Positions 21,110 to 30,981 of a stretch of 64,000 nt of DNA are shown here, piece after piece. The stretch is from the NCBI GenBank assembly GCA_021792255.1, contig JAJYUZ010000001.1:384001-448000 (forward strand), read 5' to 3'. A program made the translations under genes and the position numbers. The stretch comes from Thermoplasmata archaeon (lineage in GTDB: Archaea > Thermoplasmatota > Thermoplasmata > Thermoplasmatales > GCA-001856825). Numbering within the stretch: the first letter of the stretch is position 1; each line of letters opens with the position of its first letter. The notes below the pieces were generated by a model. That model saw nothing but the letters and a program-made list of their open reading frames with translations. It did no database searches and had not been told where the DNA came from.

Positions 21110-22309
21110 CTAATTTCGCTTTCTTCCTGGCAAGAATACAAGAAGTATGGCTGATGCTAGGGCAAACACAATCATAATGATGAACGATTGGTACATGCTC
21201 TTGAACACAAGAAGACCGTCAAATAGCAACAATCCTGCGCTTCCTCCGATTGTGCTTCCGACTCCCCATACCAAGGAGTTTGCTCTCGTAAAATGCTCCT
21301 TTGGAACCATCTGAGAAACATAACCGAGCAGCACCGGGAAACCAGTATAAGTGAAGAGAGCAAAGAAAGTGAAACTTATCAAGATGGACCAAAAAGATCT
21401 CGATAGGAACAAGAACAGTAGGAAGAATACTATCAGACCTATCGACGTCAATGAAATCGTAAATTTCCCACCGTACCTCGATGTTAAATACCCGAAGAAT
21501 GGCTGTCCGATCACTGCTGAAAGGAAAGCTATTCCCAGGATCACTCCCATGATCGTTTTTGAGGCAAAAACGCTATCGAGATATGTAGGAATGTAAGTGG
21601 TGCTGACCGAAATGAACATTGATCGCAAAAACACTATGACCACTAGGATCAAGATGAAGAAAGAAGCTGACGTGCCATTTTCAGCCCGATCGGCAACTCT
21701 TGAGTCACGCTGGAAGTTCGATTGAAAATTTTTCCTCTTGAAGAATCCGAGTCCGTAATATACTAAAACCGAAACTATTAGAAAATATATCACAAAATAA
21801 TCGAGACCCAGTGTTATTCCCACTGCAGTTGCAATAAATACGAAGATAATGGGGAAGACACTCCTTCCAAGGCTTCCGAATGAACCGTTTATTCCAAGAT
21901 AAGATGCCGATTCTTTCGGACCGAAAGTGTACGAAATAACCGTTGCCCCTATAGGGTGATATATGGACTGACCTATTCCCAGAATGACTGAACCCAAAAT
22001 CATGATTAGATATGCTTGAGATTTAAAAACGAATGGAAATGAGAAGATAAGAATGGCAACTGCGTTAAGAAATATGCCAAAACTCAGGATTACCCTATCA
22101 TTATCAGCCCTGTCGGCATATGATCCTACGAAGATGCTCAAGAATCCTGAGATGAGATTGTAGAGAACAGGCATCAACCCTATCACGAGTATGGAAAGTC
22201 CTGGAATCTCAACATAGTATGTGATAAGTACTGGGAACAAAAGGAAGTTGCCATCCACTGAAAAATGGCTGAGGGAAGTGAACAGCAGCGATCTTAATTT
22301 TGAATTCAT
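21110..22309 (-). CDS. MFS transporter
   Basis: About 12 hydrophobic helices; GSYADRAD and GYLTSRYG loop motifs; YHP motif. Confidence 0.88.
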   Translation of the reverse strand: MNSKLRSLLFTSLSHFSVDGNFLLFPVLITYYVEIPGLSILVIGLMPVLYNLISGFLSIFVGSYADRADNDRVILSFGIFLNAVAILIFSFPFVFKSQAYLIMILGSVILGIGQSIYHPIGATVISYTFGPKESASYLGINGSFGSLGRSVFPIIFVFIATAVGITLGLDYFVIYFLIVSVLVYYGLGFFKRKNFQSNFQRDSRVADRAENGTSASFFILILVVIVFLRSMFISVSTTYIPTYLDSVFASKTIMGVILGIAFLSAVIGQPFFGYLTSRYGGKFTISLTSIGLIVFFLLFLFLSRSFWSILISFTFFALFTYTGFPVLLGYVSQMVPKEHFTRANSLVWGVGSTIGGSAGLLLFDGLLVFKSMYQSFIIMIVFALASAILLVFLPGRKRN

Positions 22310-22471
22310 GACCGTTGTACCTTATGGTTTTAAACACTTAAAGTTAGTATCTCGGAAGACTGGTGGTCGGATCCAAAATTCACCCCCATTTACCTGGACC
22401 CGCAATCATCGCGAAAGAAGGCTAGCTTGCTCTTTACGCATGACTTATTAGTCAGCTTCTAATAATGCCCG

Positions 22472-23005
22472 TTGACGAATTCAAGAGGTGCAAGGAATAG
22501 GAATGATGCGGAAGAAAGGAGCCCGAGGGAGAGTGAGTCGACAATTGCGAGGGCTATGCTTCCTCCGGATGCGAACCCCGCAGGCAACGTATTTGGAGGT
22601 ACCATCTTGAAAATGATAGACGAGATTGCGGGTATAGTAGCCACGAAACACTGCAGGCGGAATTGTGTAACCGCCAATATCGAACACATCGATTTTATCT
22701 ATCCTGTTCACATCGGCGATCTGCTGGAACTAAAAGGAAGACTGAATTTTGTCGGGAAATCTTCCATGGAAGTAGGGGTGGAAGTCTTCGCGGAAAACCT
22801 AGAAGAGGGAGACATCAACTTTGCAGGCAGAGCCACCGTCACGATGGTTGCACTCGATGAGAGTGCTAGGCCCATCCAGGTGCCACGACTCAAACTGCAA
22901 ACTGAAGAAGATAAGAACATGTTCAAGGCAGGTCTAACAAGGTACAATGAAAGAGTCAAGAGACTTAAGATGCTCAAGAGGACTAAAAAACGAGGATCGA
23001 ACTGA
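22472..23005 (+). CDS. Acyl-CoA thioesterase (hotdog fold, YciA-like)
   Basis: DANPAGNVFGGTILKMIDE and GKSSMEVGV motifs. Confidence 0.9.
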   Translation: MTNSRGARNRNDAEERSPRESESTIARAMLPPDANPAGNVFGGTILKMIDEIAGIVATKHCRRNCVTANIEHIDFIYPVHIGDLLELKGRLNFVGKSSMEVGVEVFAENLEEGDINFAGRATVTMVALDESARPIQVPRLKLQTEEDKNMFKAGLTRYNERVKRLKMLKRTKKRGSN

Positions 23006-23063
23006 AATAATTTCTTTGATGATTTCTGAAATATCCACTCTCTGACTAGCTGATTATTATATA

Positions 23064-23552
23064 ATGGAAGCTGATAAACCAACCATGAACATTGGAAACA
23101 AGGCACCAGATTTTGAACTGGTAGACACGGAATTGAAGAGTGTCAAGCTTTCTGGCTTGATGGGCCACCCTACTGTTTTGGTATTTTTTCCCGGAGCATT
23201 TACCTCGGTTTGCACTGCAGAGCTTTGTACCTTCAGGGATTCTATGGCACGCTTCAACAAGATAAATGCTTCAGTTATAGGGATAAGCGTGGACCAGCCC
23301 TTTTCTCTGGCACAGTTCAAGAAGGAGAACAACTTGAATTTTCCATTGCTGAGCGACTTCACGGAAACGGTGAGCAGAAGCTACGGTGGAGTTCACGAGA
23401 ATTTCGTAAACGTGAAGGGGCTAAACGTTTCAAAGAGGGCAGTCTTTGTATTGGACAAGAACGGAACAGTTGCGTATAAGTGGGTGAGTGAGGATCCGAA
23501 AAAAGAACCCAACTACAAGGAAGTAGAGGAAGCGGTCGCGAAATTAGGGTGA
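23064..23552 (+). CDS. Peroxiredoxin (BCP/AhpE-like)
   Basis: FFPGAFTSVCTAELC (PxxxTxxC), LLSD, KRAVFV; start may be 23085. Confidence 0.92.
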   Translation: MEADKPTMNIGNKAPDFELVDTELKSVKLSGLMGHPTVLVFFPGAFTSVCTAELCTFRDSMARFNKINASVIGISVDQPFSLAQFKKENNLNFPLLSDFTETVSRSYGGVHENFVNVKGLNVSKRAVFVLDKNGTVAYKWVSEDPKKEPNYKEVEEAVAKLG

Positions 23553-23556
23553 ATCT

Positions 23557-24201
23557 TTGCTTTTCTTTATTAATTTCAAAGCGTACAAAGAATCTACGGG
23601 ATCAAATGCGGTTACCCTTATAAGGGGCATTGAAAAGCAGTTCGGAGACCATCCTTCGATAATAGCGGTGTTAAATCCACTGGATTCTTTGATAGATACA
23701 AAATTGACCAAATTTGCACAAACTGCGGACCCGCTGAATCCGGGAGCATACACTGGCCATATTCCCGTCGGATTGCTAGGGGGATATCGCTATTCTGGAG
23801 TCATGATAAATCACTCCGAATGTAAACTGACCCTAGAGAAGATAAGGGATATCGTGCAAATGGCATCAGAACAGGGTTTCAGGACTTTGGTGTGTGCTGC
23901 AGACCTGAAGGAGGTCAAAGAGATAGTTGCATTCTCTCCAGATTACATTGCCTACGAACCCCCGGAACTGATAGGAGGAGAGATATCCGTTTCAACTGCG
24001 AAACCAGAAATCATACAAGAAGCTGTCAAGTTGTTACAAGGCACCGGGTCAAAATTGGTGGTTGGAGCTGGAATAAAGAACAGAAATGACGTGCGAGTCA
24101 GCAAGGAGCTCGGAGCGGAGGGCATACTTGTATCTTCAGGAGTTGTTAAATCCCCGGAGCCAATCGGGGTAATCATAGAAATGATGAAGGAGGTAGTTTA
24201 G
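23557..24201 (+). CDS. tpiA: Triosephosphate isomerase, archaeal type
   Basis: INFKAY, GAYTG, NHSE, YEPPELIG and GAGI motifs; short archaeal length. Confidence 0.93.
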   Translation: MLFFINFKAYKESTGSNAVTLIRGIEKQFGDHPSIIAVLNPLDSLIDTKLTKFAQTADPLNPGAYTGHIPVGLLGGYRYSGVMINHSECKLTLEKIRDIVQMASEQGFRTLVCAADLKEVKEIVAFSPDYIAYEPPELIGGEISVSTAKPEIIQEAVKLLQGTGSKLVVGAGIKNRNDVRVSKELGAEGILVSSGVVKSPEPIGVIIEMMKEVV

Positions 24202-24489
24202 GTGGAAACGTTTGACAGAGGGAGGTACGTAGCAGCAGACGTCGCTAGAGGAAAGATGATGCTAGCATCGTTCTTCATCGCTGCATTCCTAGGATTCCTC
24301 TCAGGACTGTTACCGTCTGCAGAAGGTTTTGTTGGGATAATCCTGCTTTTGGTTGCGCTAATTATAGCGGTATACCTGATACACAGATCGGGCCACGAAA
24401 CAAAGAAGAACACAGACTATGCGATAGCTTTCTTCATATCATTCCTGACATTTTTAGGATTCTGGATAATCTCACTCAATATTCCTTGA
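24202..24489 (+). CDS. Small three-TM membrane protein, possibly archaeal EMC6-like
   Basis: Three hydrophobic segments, C-terminal FLGFWIISLN; starts right after the tpiA stop. Confidence 0.55.
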   Translation: METFDRGRYVAADVARGKMMLASFFIAAFLGFLSGLLPSAEGFVGIILLLVALIIAVYLIHRSGHETKKNTDYAIAFFISFLTFLGFWIISLNIP

Positions 24490-25785
24490 TTCAGTTTCGA
24501 TCCATTTCCCCAGAGAGGGGAATAGAAATCTTTTCTTTATTTCAGTCGGAATAGAGTCGAGGTCGGAACCAGAAATGACCAGCATTTTTTCTGATTTGAA
24601 ATCCTTTGATAGTCGTACCTTGGGGAGAATTTCGGCGATTGCTCCAACTATACTTTTTTCTTCTCTCTCTCTCAGAACGCACACTCTGTCCCCGATCATA
24701 AATGGCATGCCGAATTTTGTTCCGCCCCCCCACTTTTGAAGGAACGATGTTACGTTAGGACTCGTGACCGGAGGCCCGATGTGCAAGGCCGCTTCTCCCA
24801 GTGCCTCTGCCTCCGGGATAATGACGATGTACCCTCCTCTATTGACGAAAACTGAACTGTACAAGATTCTAAATCCAAGGTTCTCTAGTTCTCCCTTTAT
24901 GATGGAACTGATCCTTTTCAGATTTGGCAACAGGACTTCCTCGTTGCATTTCCCGCAGGGTATAAATACGGCTACTGCTTCTTTCGGCAGAGAGAAATTG
25001 CCTATCTTGGGAAACAAAAAGTCTTTCCATTTTTCTTTGGAAAAGAGGCTTGAAGCAAGGATGAAGGTAGCTAGATTTTCTAACGAGACATTCGCAGCCG
25101 CGTTTCTGTTATAGTCGACAGGGTCCGGGATGACCAAGTTCGCTCCGTCGAAATCTTTTGCACCTCTATCGAGAACACAGGGAATCTTCCAGTCCTTAGC
25201 TTTGGATATGACCTCCTCGAATGTCTTGTAACGATATATTAGAAGCTCCGCGACGTAACCGGAGAATCCCTGGATCGAAGACTCGGCTCCATAGCTTCCA
25301 ATACCCTTGAGAAACTGTTTAAGAATTCTCACTTCATTTTTCATTTCTTCGGTAAAATTCTCGGTCACGAATTTTACGTGGAATGGAGTCCTGTCTACAG
25401 CCGTCTTAAGATCTCTTCCCGTAGACGCTTTGTAGCCTGGCACTATATCGATAGTAAAAGACTCTTGCGGCAGGGTGAGATAAGGATGGTCCGAATATTC
25501 CTCTTTACCCTCTGGGAATTCCCTCTTCAGAATCTTGATGACCTCTAGGGGAGCGAACTCTTCCGGGAACAGCATAAAAATGTCAGCGTCTGACCCTTTG
25601 ATGTCAGTTCCCTTTGCAAATGACCCTCCGAGAAAGATTTCGAAATCCAGCTTTTCTTTCTTCCTTAGACTTTTGAGCCGTTTTTCTATCTCTTCGATCA
25701 TTTCCAGTCTTCTCTTTCTTACGGACTTTTTTTCAACTATGCTGTCCAACACCCTGTCCTTTTCAAAGGGAGTTTCGTTCGTCAT
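24472..25785 (-). CDS. cca: CCA-adding enzyme, archaeal class I
   Basis: GSFAKGT..DADIF, HPY, DIVP, AVDRTPFH, GFSGY, DPVD..RNAA motifs. Confidence 0.95.
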   Translation of the reverse strand: MTNETPFEKDRVLDSIVEKKSVRKRRLEMIEEIEKRLKSLRKKEKLDFEIFLGGSFAKGTDIKGSDADIFMLFPEEFAPLEVIKILKREFPEGKEEYSDHPYLTLPQESFTIDIVPGYKASTGRDLKTAVDRTPFHVKFVTENFTEEMKNEVRILKQFLKGIGSYGAESSIQGFSGYVAELLIYRYKTFEEVISKAKDWKIPCVLDRGAKDFDGANLVIPDPVDYNRNAAANVSLENLATFILASSLFSKEKWKDFLFPKIGNFSLPKEAVAVFIPCGKCNEEVLLPNLKRISSIIKGELENLGFRILYSSVFVNRGGYIVIIPEAEALGEAALHIGPPVTSPNVTSFLQKWGGGTKFGMPFMIGDRVCVLREREEKSIVGAIAEILPKVRLSKDFKSEKMLVISGSDLDSIPTEIKKRFLFPSLGKWIETESRNIE

Positions 25786-26147
25786 TTACCCGTCATCAGC
25801 GCTATTATGGCTTCAGCCGGCTTGTAGCCATTCTTTCTCAGAGCTTCAACCGCCTTCGCCCTTTCTACGCCCGTTTTCTGAATCACGAGGTTGATATCCT
25901 CTTCATTTATGTCAGAATCCATTGATTTCGAAGTCTCCGCCCCACCTACAACTTCTTCTCCCCCGACAACTTGATAAGTCCTGGTACCTTGAACATCCAA
26001 AATTGTGACTTGTGGATTCCTAACAGTAATTTTCTTATCACTAAAGATAAAATCCACCTGAATTACTCCGTCCATCTCGCTTGACTTGATTCCGGCCTGC
26101 TGCATCATCCGCCGAATCTGCCTTTCATTCATTCTTCCGCCCATCAT
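25782..26147 (-). CDS. nac: Nascent polypeptide-associated complex protein
   Basis: RRMMQQAGI, TYQVVG and UBA-like EEDINLV...AEAI. Confidence 0.94.
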   Translation of the reverse strand: MMGGRMNERQIRRMMQQAGIKSSEMDGVIQVDFIFSDKKITVRNPQVTILDVQGTRTYQVVGGEEVVGGAETSKSMDSDINEEDINLVIQKTGVERAKAVEALRKNGYKPAEAIIALMTGK

Positions 26148-26297
26148 AGCGATTATAATAGCATATTGCGATAATATCTTTGCTCATTCGATCTCCTTAA
26201 AATTCACTTATATAAATATTGAAAAAGAGATTAATTTAAAGGTTAAATATATAGAAAATGATGTATGTCAGACAGAAAGTCAGGAGAAGGATGTTAA

Positions 26298-26639
26298 ATG
26301 TCTGATCTACCAGACCAGTCTCGAATTACAGTGCGTCTATCACTGGGCTCAGTGACCAAGATCAACGAGCTGATAGAGGAAGGTAAGTTCAAGAATATTT
26401 CGGAGTTCATCAGAGAAGCAATAGAGTCCCATCTTGACGAGCTTACCAGTTCAGGTCCTTCTAAGAAAATGACCCTAAGACTTCCAAGGAACGAAGTCGA
26501 AAACATCGACGTCATTGTGAACAAGGGAATGGCGGTAGATGGGGAAGACCTGATTAGGACAGCTGTCAGGGATTACATCAGGGACAAAATCAGGGAAATG
26601 GAAAGAGAACAGCTGGGCAGAGCTGCGAATAATGGCTGA
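26298..26639 (+). CDS. Tandem ribbon-helix-helix regulator, CdrS-like
   Basis: Two RHH units: RITVRL...EGKFKNISEFIREAI and KMTLRLP...EDLIRTAVRDYI; overlaps the next gene. Confidence 0.8.
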   Translation: MSDLPDQSRITVRLSLGSVTKINELIEEGKFKNISEFIREAIESHLDELTSSGPSKKMTLRLPRNEVENIDVIVNKGMAVDGEDLIRTAVRDYIRDKIREMEREQLGRAANNG

Positions 26640-27501
26640 AACTAAACTCGGAAACGTAAGGGTGTTAGGGGTCGGACACCTTGGAGTTGCGGTGGCCTCG
26701 TACTTTAACGGGGATACACTTACCTCTGGGTTAGATTACGATCCCGAGAGCATAAGGGACTGCAGAGTAGACAATGTGCTTCAGCTCAAGGAATTCGATG
26801 GGGGATTTGGACCAAAGATTGTTGAGGTACTTACTAGCGAGAGAAACACAATACTTGACAACTTTTCCGGGAACCTTATATTCTTGGTCGCTCAAGTAGA
26901 AGGGAGATTCCAGGAAGCAATCATTCCACCGCTCCTCAAGATATTAAGATCGACCGGCGCATTCATTGGATTTTTCCCTATTATTCCGATAGGGGCAGAC
27001 AGAAAAAGGGAGCTAGAAAAGGTTCAGAGAGTGAAGGCAGACTTGGACATGCTCGAATTAATTGACTCCGAATACATCTTATCTGGTTCGAGCAATCAAA
27101 GGGTTCTGGACATAAACAATCGTTATTACAAATACATCTGGGAGAAGGTTGTGAGCATTGCGAGAGTCGTAGACAATTCGACTGCACTTGGGATATCGCT
27201 TCACGACATCAAGATGCTGACGACACTTTATGGACCAGTTCAGGTATCTAGTTTCACTTATCCGTTCGTGAATTTCAGCATCGCGGAAAGGGATCTGTTT
27301 GAGGAAGTCAACAAAATGCCGCGAGAGAAGATAAAGAGAATTTACATGGTGCTGGAGATAGGGAGCGAAGTTGACTCCAACGACGTGATAATGTTCGTAA
27401 AGAAGATAAAAAACAGGCTAGGGAACATTGACTTTAGACAGGGCTTCATCCATACCCAAGGTAATTTCGGGCTGATACTGCTGAGCTTCGGCTCATTCTG
27501 A
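26632..27501 (+). CDS. Highly diverged FtsZ/tubulin-superfamily protein lacking the GGGTG(T/S)G signature
   Basis: VRVLGVGHLG resembles the T1 loop; spacing of IFLVAQVEG...IIPPL...IIP, LIDSE and ISLHDIK parallels FtsZ; downstream of a CdrS-like gene. Confidence 0.55.
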   Translation: MAETKLGNVRVLGVGHLGVAVASYFNGDTLTSGLDYDPESIRDCRVDNVLQLKEFDGGFGPKIVEVLTSERNTILDNFSGNLIFLVAQVEGRFQEAIIPPLLKILRSTGAFIGFFPIIPIGADRKRELEKVQRVKADLDMLELIDSEYILSGSSNQRVLDINNRYYKYIWEKVVSIARVVDNSTALGISLHDIKMLTTLYGPVQVSSFTYPFVNFSIAERDLFEEVNKMPREKIKRIYMVLEIGSEVDSNDVIMFVKKIKNRLGNIDFRQGFIHTQGNFGLILLSFGSF

Positions 27502-27575
27502 AAAGAGTGACGAGTTCCAATTGTGGTAAAAGCAGAAGTTTATTTAGCCTCAAAGTTTCTCCATTATAGGCCGAA

Positions 27576-29039
27576 ATGAGATATCTCGCTAGACGATATG
27601 GAGAGTTCTTCGGGTTCAAGATTCCCAGCGTACTTAGCATAGACCAATTTCCGTTCGACCATCAAACTCTGGAGACTCGCAAGGACCTAATATTTCAAAC
27701 CGGGAACATAGTATTCTTGAACCGGATAAACAAGCTCAATGCGAGGGAATTTATCAGAACCGTAATGGAGGTAAGAACGCGCTATCCGAACAAGTTGATC
27801 TATCTACCCGCATTTGGACTTCCAAACGACTATCCTATTTTGTTCTACGCAGGCATAGACCTGCTAGATGACTCGTCGATAAGATTGCTGGGAGACAACA
27901 ACTGTCTGAGTGAATTCGGCGTCTATAGAGGAAGTGACTGTCTTACCAAGAATGAAGAGCAGAAGGTGAGAGTGCTAGACCTCATCAATCTCTCCCTAGA
28001 AAATGGAAAGTTTAGGGAAATCGTCGAAACGCACAGTTTCTCAAACTTCTCAAAAGAGGCTCTAAGAATACTTGACATGGAATTCTATCAGTACATCGAT
28101 GGGTTTATGGACTATCGACCAAAGAAGATCGTAGCTGCAAATGTTGAAGGAATCTACAGGCCAGAGATAGTCAACTACAGAGAGAGAATTAAGGGCTTGA
28201 GGCAGACTGCAGAAAATCTACTTCTTATTCCTTGTTCGGCAATCAAGCCCTATTCACAGTCAAAGACCCACAGGATTCTTCATTCCTTCGTTCACTCTTC
28301 GCAAGGAGGAATTCAGGAGGTCATAGTCACCAGCCCTCTGGGACTCGTACCTAGGGAGCTAGAGTCATTCTTTCCCCCAATGTACTACGACATACCAGTA
28401 ACCGGTTACTGGTTTGAGGAAGAGAGAAAGGTACTGTACGATTTGTCGAAGGAATACTTCCTGCGGAAAAAGTATGCAAATGTCTTCTATTTACTCCCAC
28501 AGCAAGAGGGTGATATTCTGGGACTCTTCGAGAATACGGAAGGAGTGACTGGTAGCATAAATTTTGAAAACTCCGAGAAATTATCCAAGATTATTGATTC
28601 CCACAAAATTCAGGGTGACAAGCGAAAGAAAGAATCGATCGAGATCGCGAACGTATTGAAATTCATGTTCGATATCGATCTAGAACCTGAGCACCTCAAG
28701 CAAAGAAAAGAAGGCAACAGGAGAATCATTCTCTTGAACGACTTGCCTATCTTGAGGAGAACAATGTCTGGTATCAAAATGATGAAAGGACTCGGCGATG
28801 TACTACTGTCGAAAGGAATGAGGGTCGTCGAAACAGAAGGGATCTTCAAGGGCGACAATCTCTTCATCCCAGGGATAAAAGGAGTTTCTGAGGACGTGAA
28901 GCCCGGGATGGAGGTCGCCTTGGTCAAAGATGGTTCGGTGATAGGGAGGGGTATGTCGCAAGTTTCTGGTCTCGATCTGCTGATGGAAAAGAGAGGAATC
29001 GGTGTCAACGACGTGACATATTTCAACCACGAAGATTAG
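27576..29039 (+). CDS. arcS: Archaeosine synthase alpha subunit (ArcS) with C-terminal PUA domain
   Basis: LIPCSAIKPYSQSKTH, TSPLGLVPRELE, YDIPVTGYW; PUA-like LFIPGI...GRG. Confidence 0.88.
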   Translation: MRYLARRYGEFFGFKIPSVLSIDQFPFDHQTLETRKDLIFQTGNIVFLNRINKLNAREFIRTVMEVRTRYPNKLIYLPAFGLPNDYPILFYAGIDLLDDSSIRLLGDNNCLSEFGVYRGSDCLTKNEEQKVRVLDLINLSLENGKFREIVETHSFSNFSKEALRILDMEFYQYIDGFMDYRPKKIVAANVEGIYRPEIVNYRERIKGLRQTAENLLLIPCSAIKPYSQSKTHRILHSFVHSSQGGIQEVIVTSPLGLVPRELESFFPPMYYDIPVTGYWFEEERKVLYDLSKEYFLRKKYANVFYLLPQQEGDILGLFENTEGVTGSINFENSEKLSKIIDSHKIQGDKRKKESIEIANVLKFMFDIDLEPEHLKQRKEGNRRIILLNDLPILRRTMSGIKMMKGLGDVLLSKGMRVVETEGIFKGDNLFIPGIKGVSEDVKPGMEVALVKDGSVIGRGMSQVSGLDLLMEKRGIGVNDVTYFNHED

Positions 29040-29042
29040 AGA

Positions 29043-29771
29043 TCACAGAACGAAGAGTTTGTAGAGTTTTTCCAGCTGTTTGGGGTCTTTGATCCTCTCT
29101 CTCAGGTCGTTCTTTAGATTAGACCGGTCATAAGAGAATCTCTTCAACTCGAAGGACTCTTTCTCTGTATCAAATACAGCATAAGCAGGTTTGGGGTTCC
29201 CATCTCTCGGTTGCCCTGAAGATCCTGGATTCACTATCAAGTTTCCGCTATAGTTTACTAAGAACTGATAGTGCGTATGCCCCACCAAATAATTCCCTTG
29301 TTCCTGAGTAAAGCTCATGGGATCCCTTAATAGGTCATTGGAGATTTTCCACGGATAAAGGTATCCATAAAGAGAATCGGCAGGAGCACCGTGCACCAGA
29401 TGAAAAGCGACCCCGTCCAGTTCTACATCCAGAGATGTCGGTAATGACCTTAGGAAGTCTATCTCCTTCTTGCCTAGATCCTTCATCGTAATATTTTCTC
29501 TTGTGTAAACAGACAGCTCGTGATTCTCCTGAGAACAGAGACAGTCCTTGTTAAAAGCGGCTGCATAGTCGTGGTTCCCCGATACTATATGCTTTGCCGT
29601 CCTTCTGACTTCTTCCACCACCTCAGTTGGGCTGGTTCCATAATCGACTATGTCCCCAAGAAAAACGGCCTCGTCAAAATTCTCATTATTTAGTAAAGTG
29701 CTCAGTGCGTATTTGTTTGCGTGAATGTCGCTGAATATTAAGATCCTCATAGAGAGCCCAATACGTCTCAT
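29043..29771 (-). CDS. Calcineurin-like metallophosphoesterase
   Basis: SDIHAN, GDIVDYG, GNHD, VHG, GHTH, NPGSSGQPRD. Confidence 0.92.
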   Translation of the reverse strand: MRRIGLSMRILIFSDIHANKYALSTLLNNENFDEAVFLGDIVDYGTSPTEVVEEVRRTAKHIVSGNHDYAAAFNKDCLCSQENHELSVYTRENITMKDLGKKEIDFLRSLPTSLDVELDGVAFHLVHGAPADSLYGYLYPWKISNDLLRDPMSFTQEQGNYLVGHTHYQFLVNYSGNLIVNPGSSGQPRDGNPKPAYAVFDTEKESFELKRFSYDRSNLKNDLRERIKDPKQLEKLYKLFVL

Positions 29772-29855
29772 TCTAAACTTTTTGTGTTCTCTCCAACCTG
29801 TCTCAATTTGACCTCAAACAGATTGCAATTTTGAGGACCAAAATATAGAAATATT

Positions 29856-30893
29856 ATGGGAAATTTAGTTCATGGAGCTATGTTTCCATTTATAGTTTTC
29901 TTGAGGAAACTTAGGCAGAAACTCAAAGACATATTCTATGGAACCATAATATCGACCGTCGTCGTAATATTTTATGGAACGTTCTCGGAGTATTATATCG
30001 AGAATCCTATCCCCAACTCCGGAATACATTCTCTGTTCGAAAGTTTTTGGTGGGTGATCCAGACTATCACCACAGTTGGATATGGAGACGTTCCTATCGT
30101 AAGCTTCTGGGGAAAACTAAATGCCATCGTCGTGATGTTGGTTGGTATAGGGGCTCTAGGGGCATTTACGGCTTCACTTGCAGCAAACATGGTCGATGCA
30201 AACATAGCTGCAAGACTTGGTGAGAGGAGAGTAAATATGAAAGACCACGTAATTGTGTGCAGCGCAGACGAAGGAATAGCCGATGTAGTCAGCGAGTTTA
30301 ATGAAAATGCTCTTGAAGTTGTGCTACTCGATACTGAAGACCCGAAACCCGCGAAGGGGTCTTATACCTTTGTCAGAGGGAAGTGTTCTGCCGAAGATGA
30401 CCTCAAAAACGCGGGGATAGGTAGGGCATCCAAGATACTGATATTCCCTGAGAGAGGGACTTCAGATGCATCTTCTGCAGATGCTAAGTCCATCCTAACG
30501 GCCATGGTAATCAAGAAACTCAAAAACGACTCTTATATCGTTCTTGAGCTCTTAAAGGAGGAGAACAGAGCACACGCAGTTTTGGCTGGGGCTGACGAAG
30601 TGGTGGTCAAAGGCTCTATATCGACGCTTCTGATGACAAGTGCAGTTACTTCACCGGGAGTCAGCAAGCTGTTTTATGAACTTCTAAGGGGAAAAGATGG
30701 TTACAGAATCAAGGAGTACCCAATCGAGGACGGATTCAAGGGCAAGACCTGCAGTGAAATGTACAAGGAAATGGATATCGAAGGTAGGGTGGTCCTAGGG
30801 TTCAGGTCCGAAGATGTTATAAAAATTAGGCCGGCGGGTCAGTCTGTAGTGACGTGGGAGTCCGTGATCGTAATGGAACCCAATTCCGGTTAA
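29856..30893 (+). CDS. Two-TM potassium channel with RCK (TrkA-N) domain, MthK-like
   Basis: TTVGYGD selectivity filter between two TMs; KDHVIVC RCK start; AGADEVV. Confidence 0.92.
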   Translation: MGNLVHGAMFPFIVFLRKLRQKLKDIFYGTIISTVVVIFYGTFSEYYIENPIPNSGIHSLFESFWWVIQTITTVGYGDVPIVSFWGKLNAIVVMLVGIGALGAFTASLAANMVDANIAARLGERRVNMKDHVIVCSADEGIADVVSEFNENALEVVLLDTEDPKPAKGSYTFVRGKCSAEDDLKNAGIGRASKILIFPERGTSDASSADAKSILTAMVIKKLKNDSYIVLELLKEENRAHAVLAGADEVVVKGSISTLLMTSAVTSPGVSKLFYELLRGKDGYRIKEYPIEDGFKGKTCSEMYKEMDIEGRVVLGFRSEDVIKIRPAGQSVVTWESVIVMEPNSG

Positions 30894-30981
30894 TTTGCCT
30901 CAATTTTTGATTTTATTCAATATGACGAGAAAAAATTAATTAATGGCCCCGGAATCCCTTGCACAATAAGAGGTAGATAAA

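Noticed and set aside
14213-22454. TGAC-Nx-GTCA palindromes upstream of the thiolase (14213-14224) and thioesterase (22441-22454) as a fatty-acid regulon operator
   Set aside because: Spacers differ (4 versus 6 nt), arms are only 4 bp, and no cognate regulator is in view
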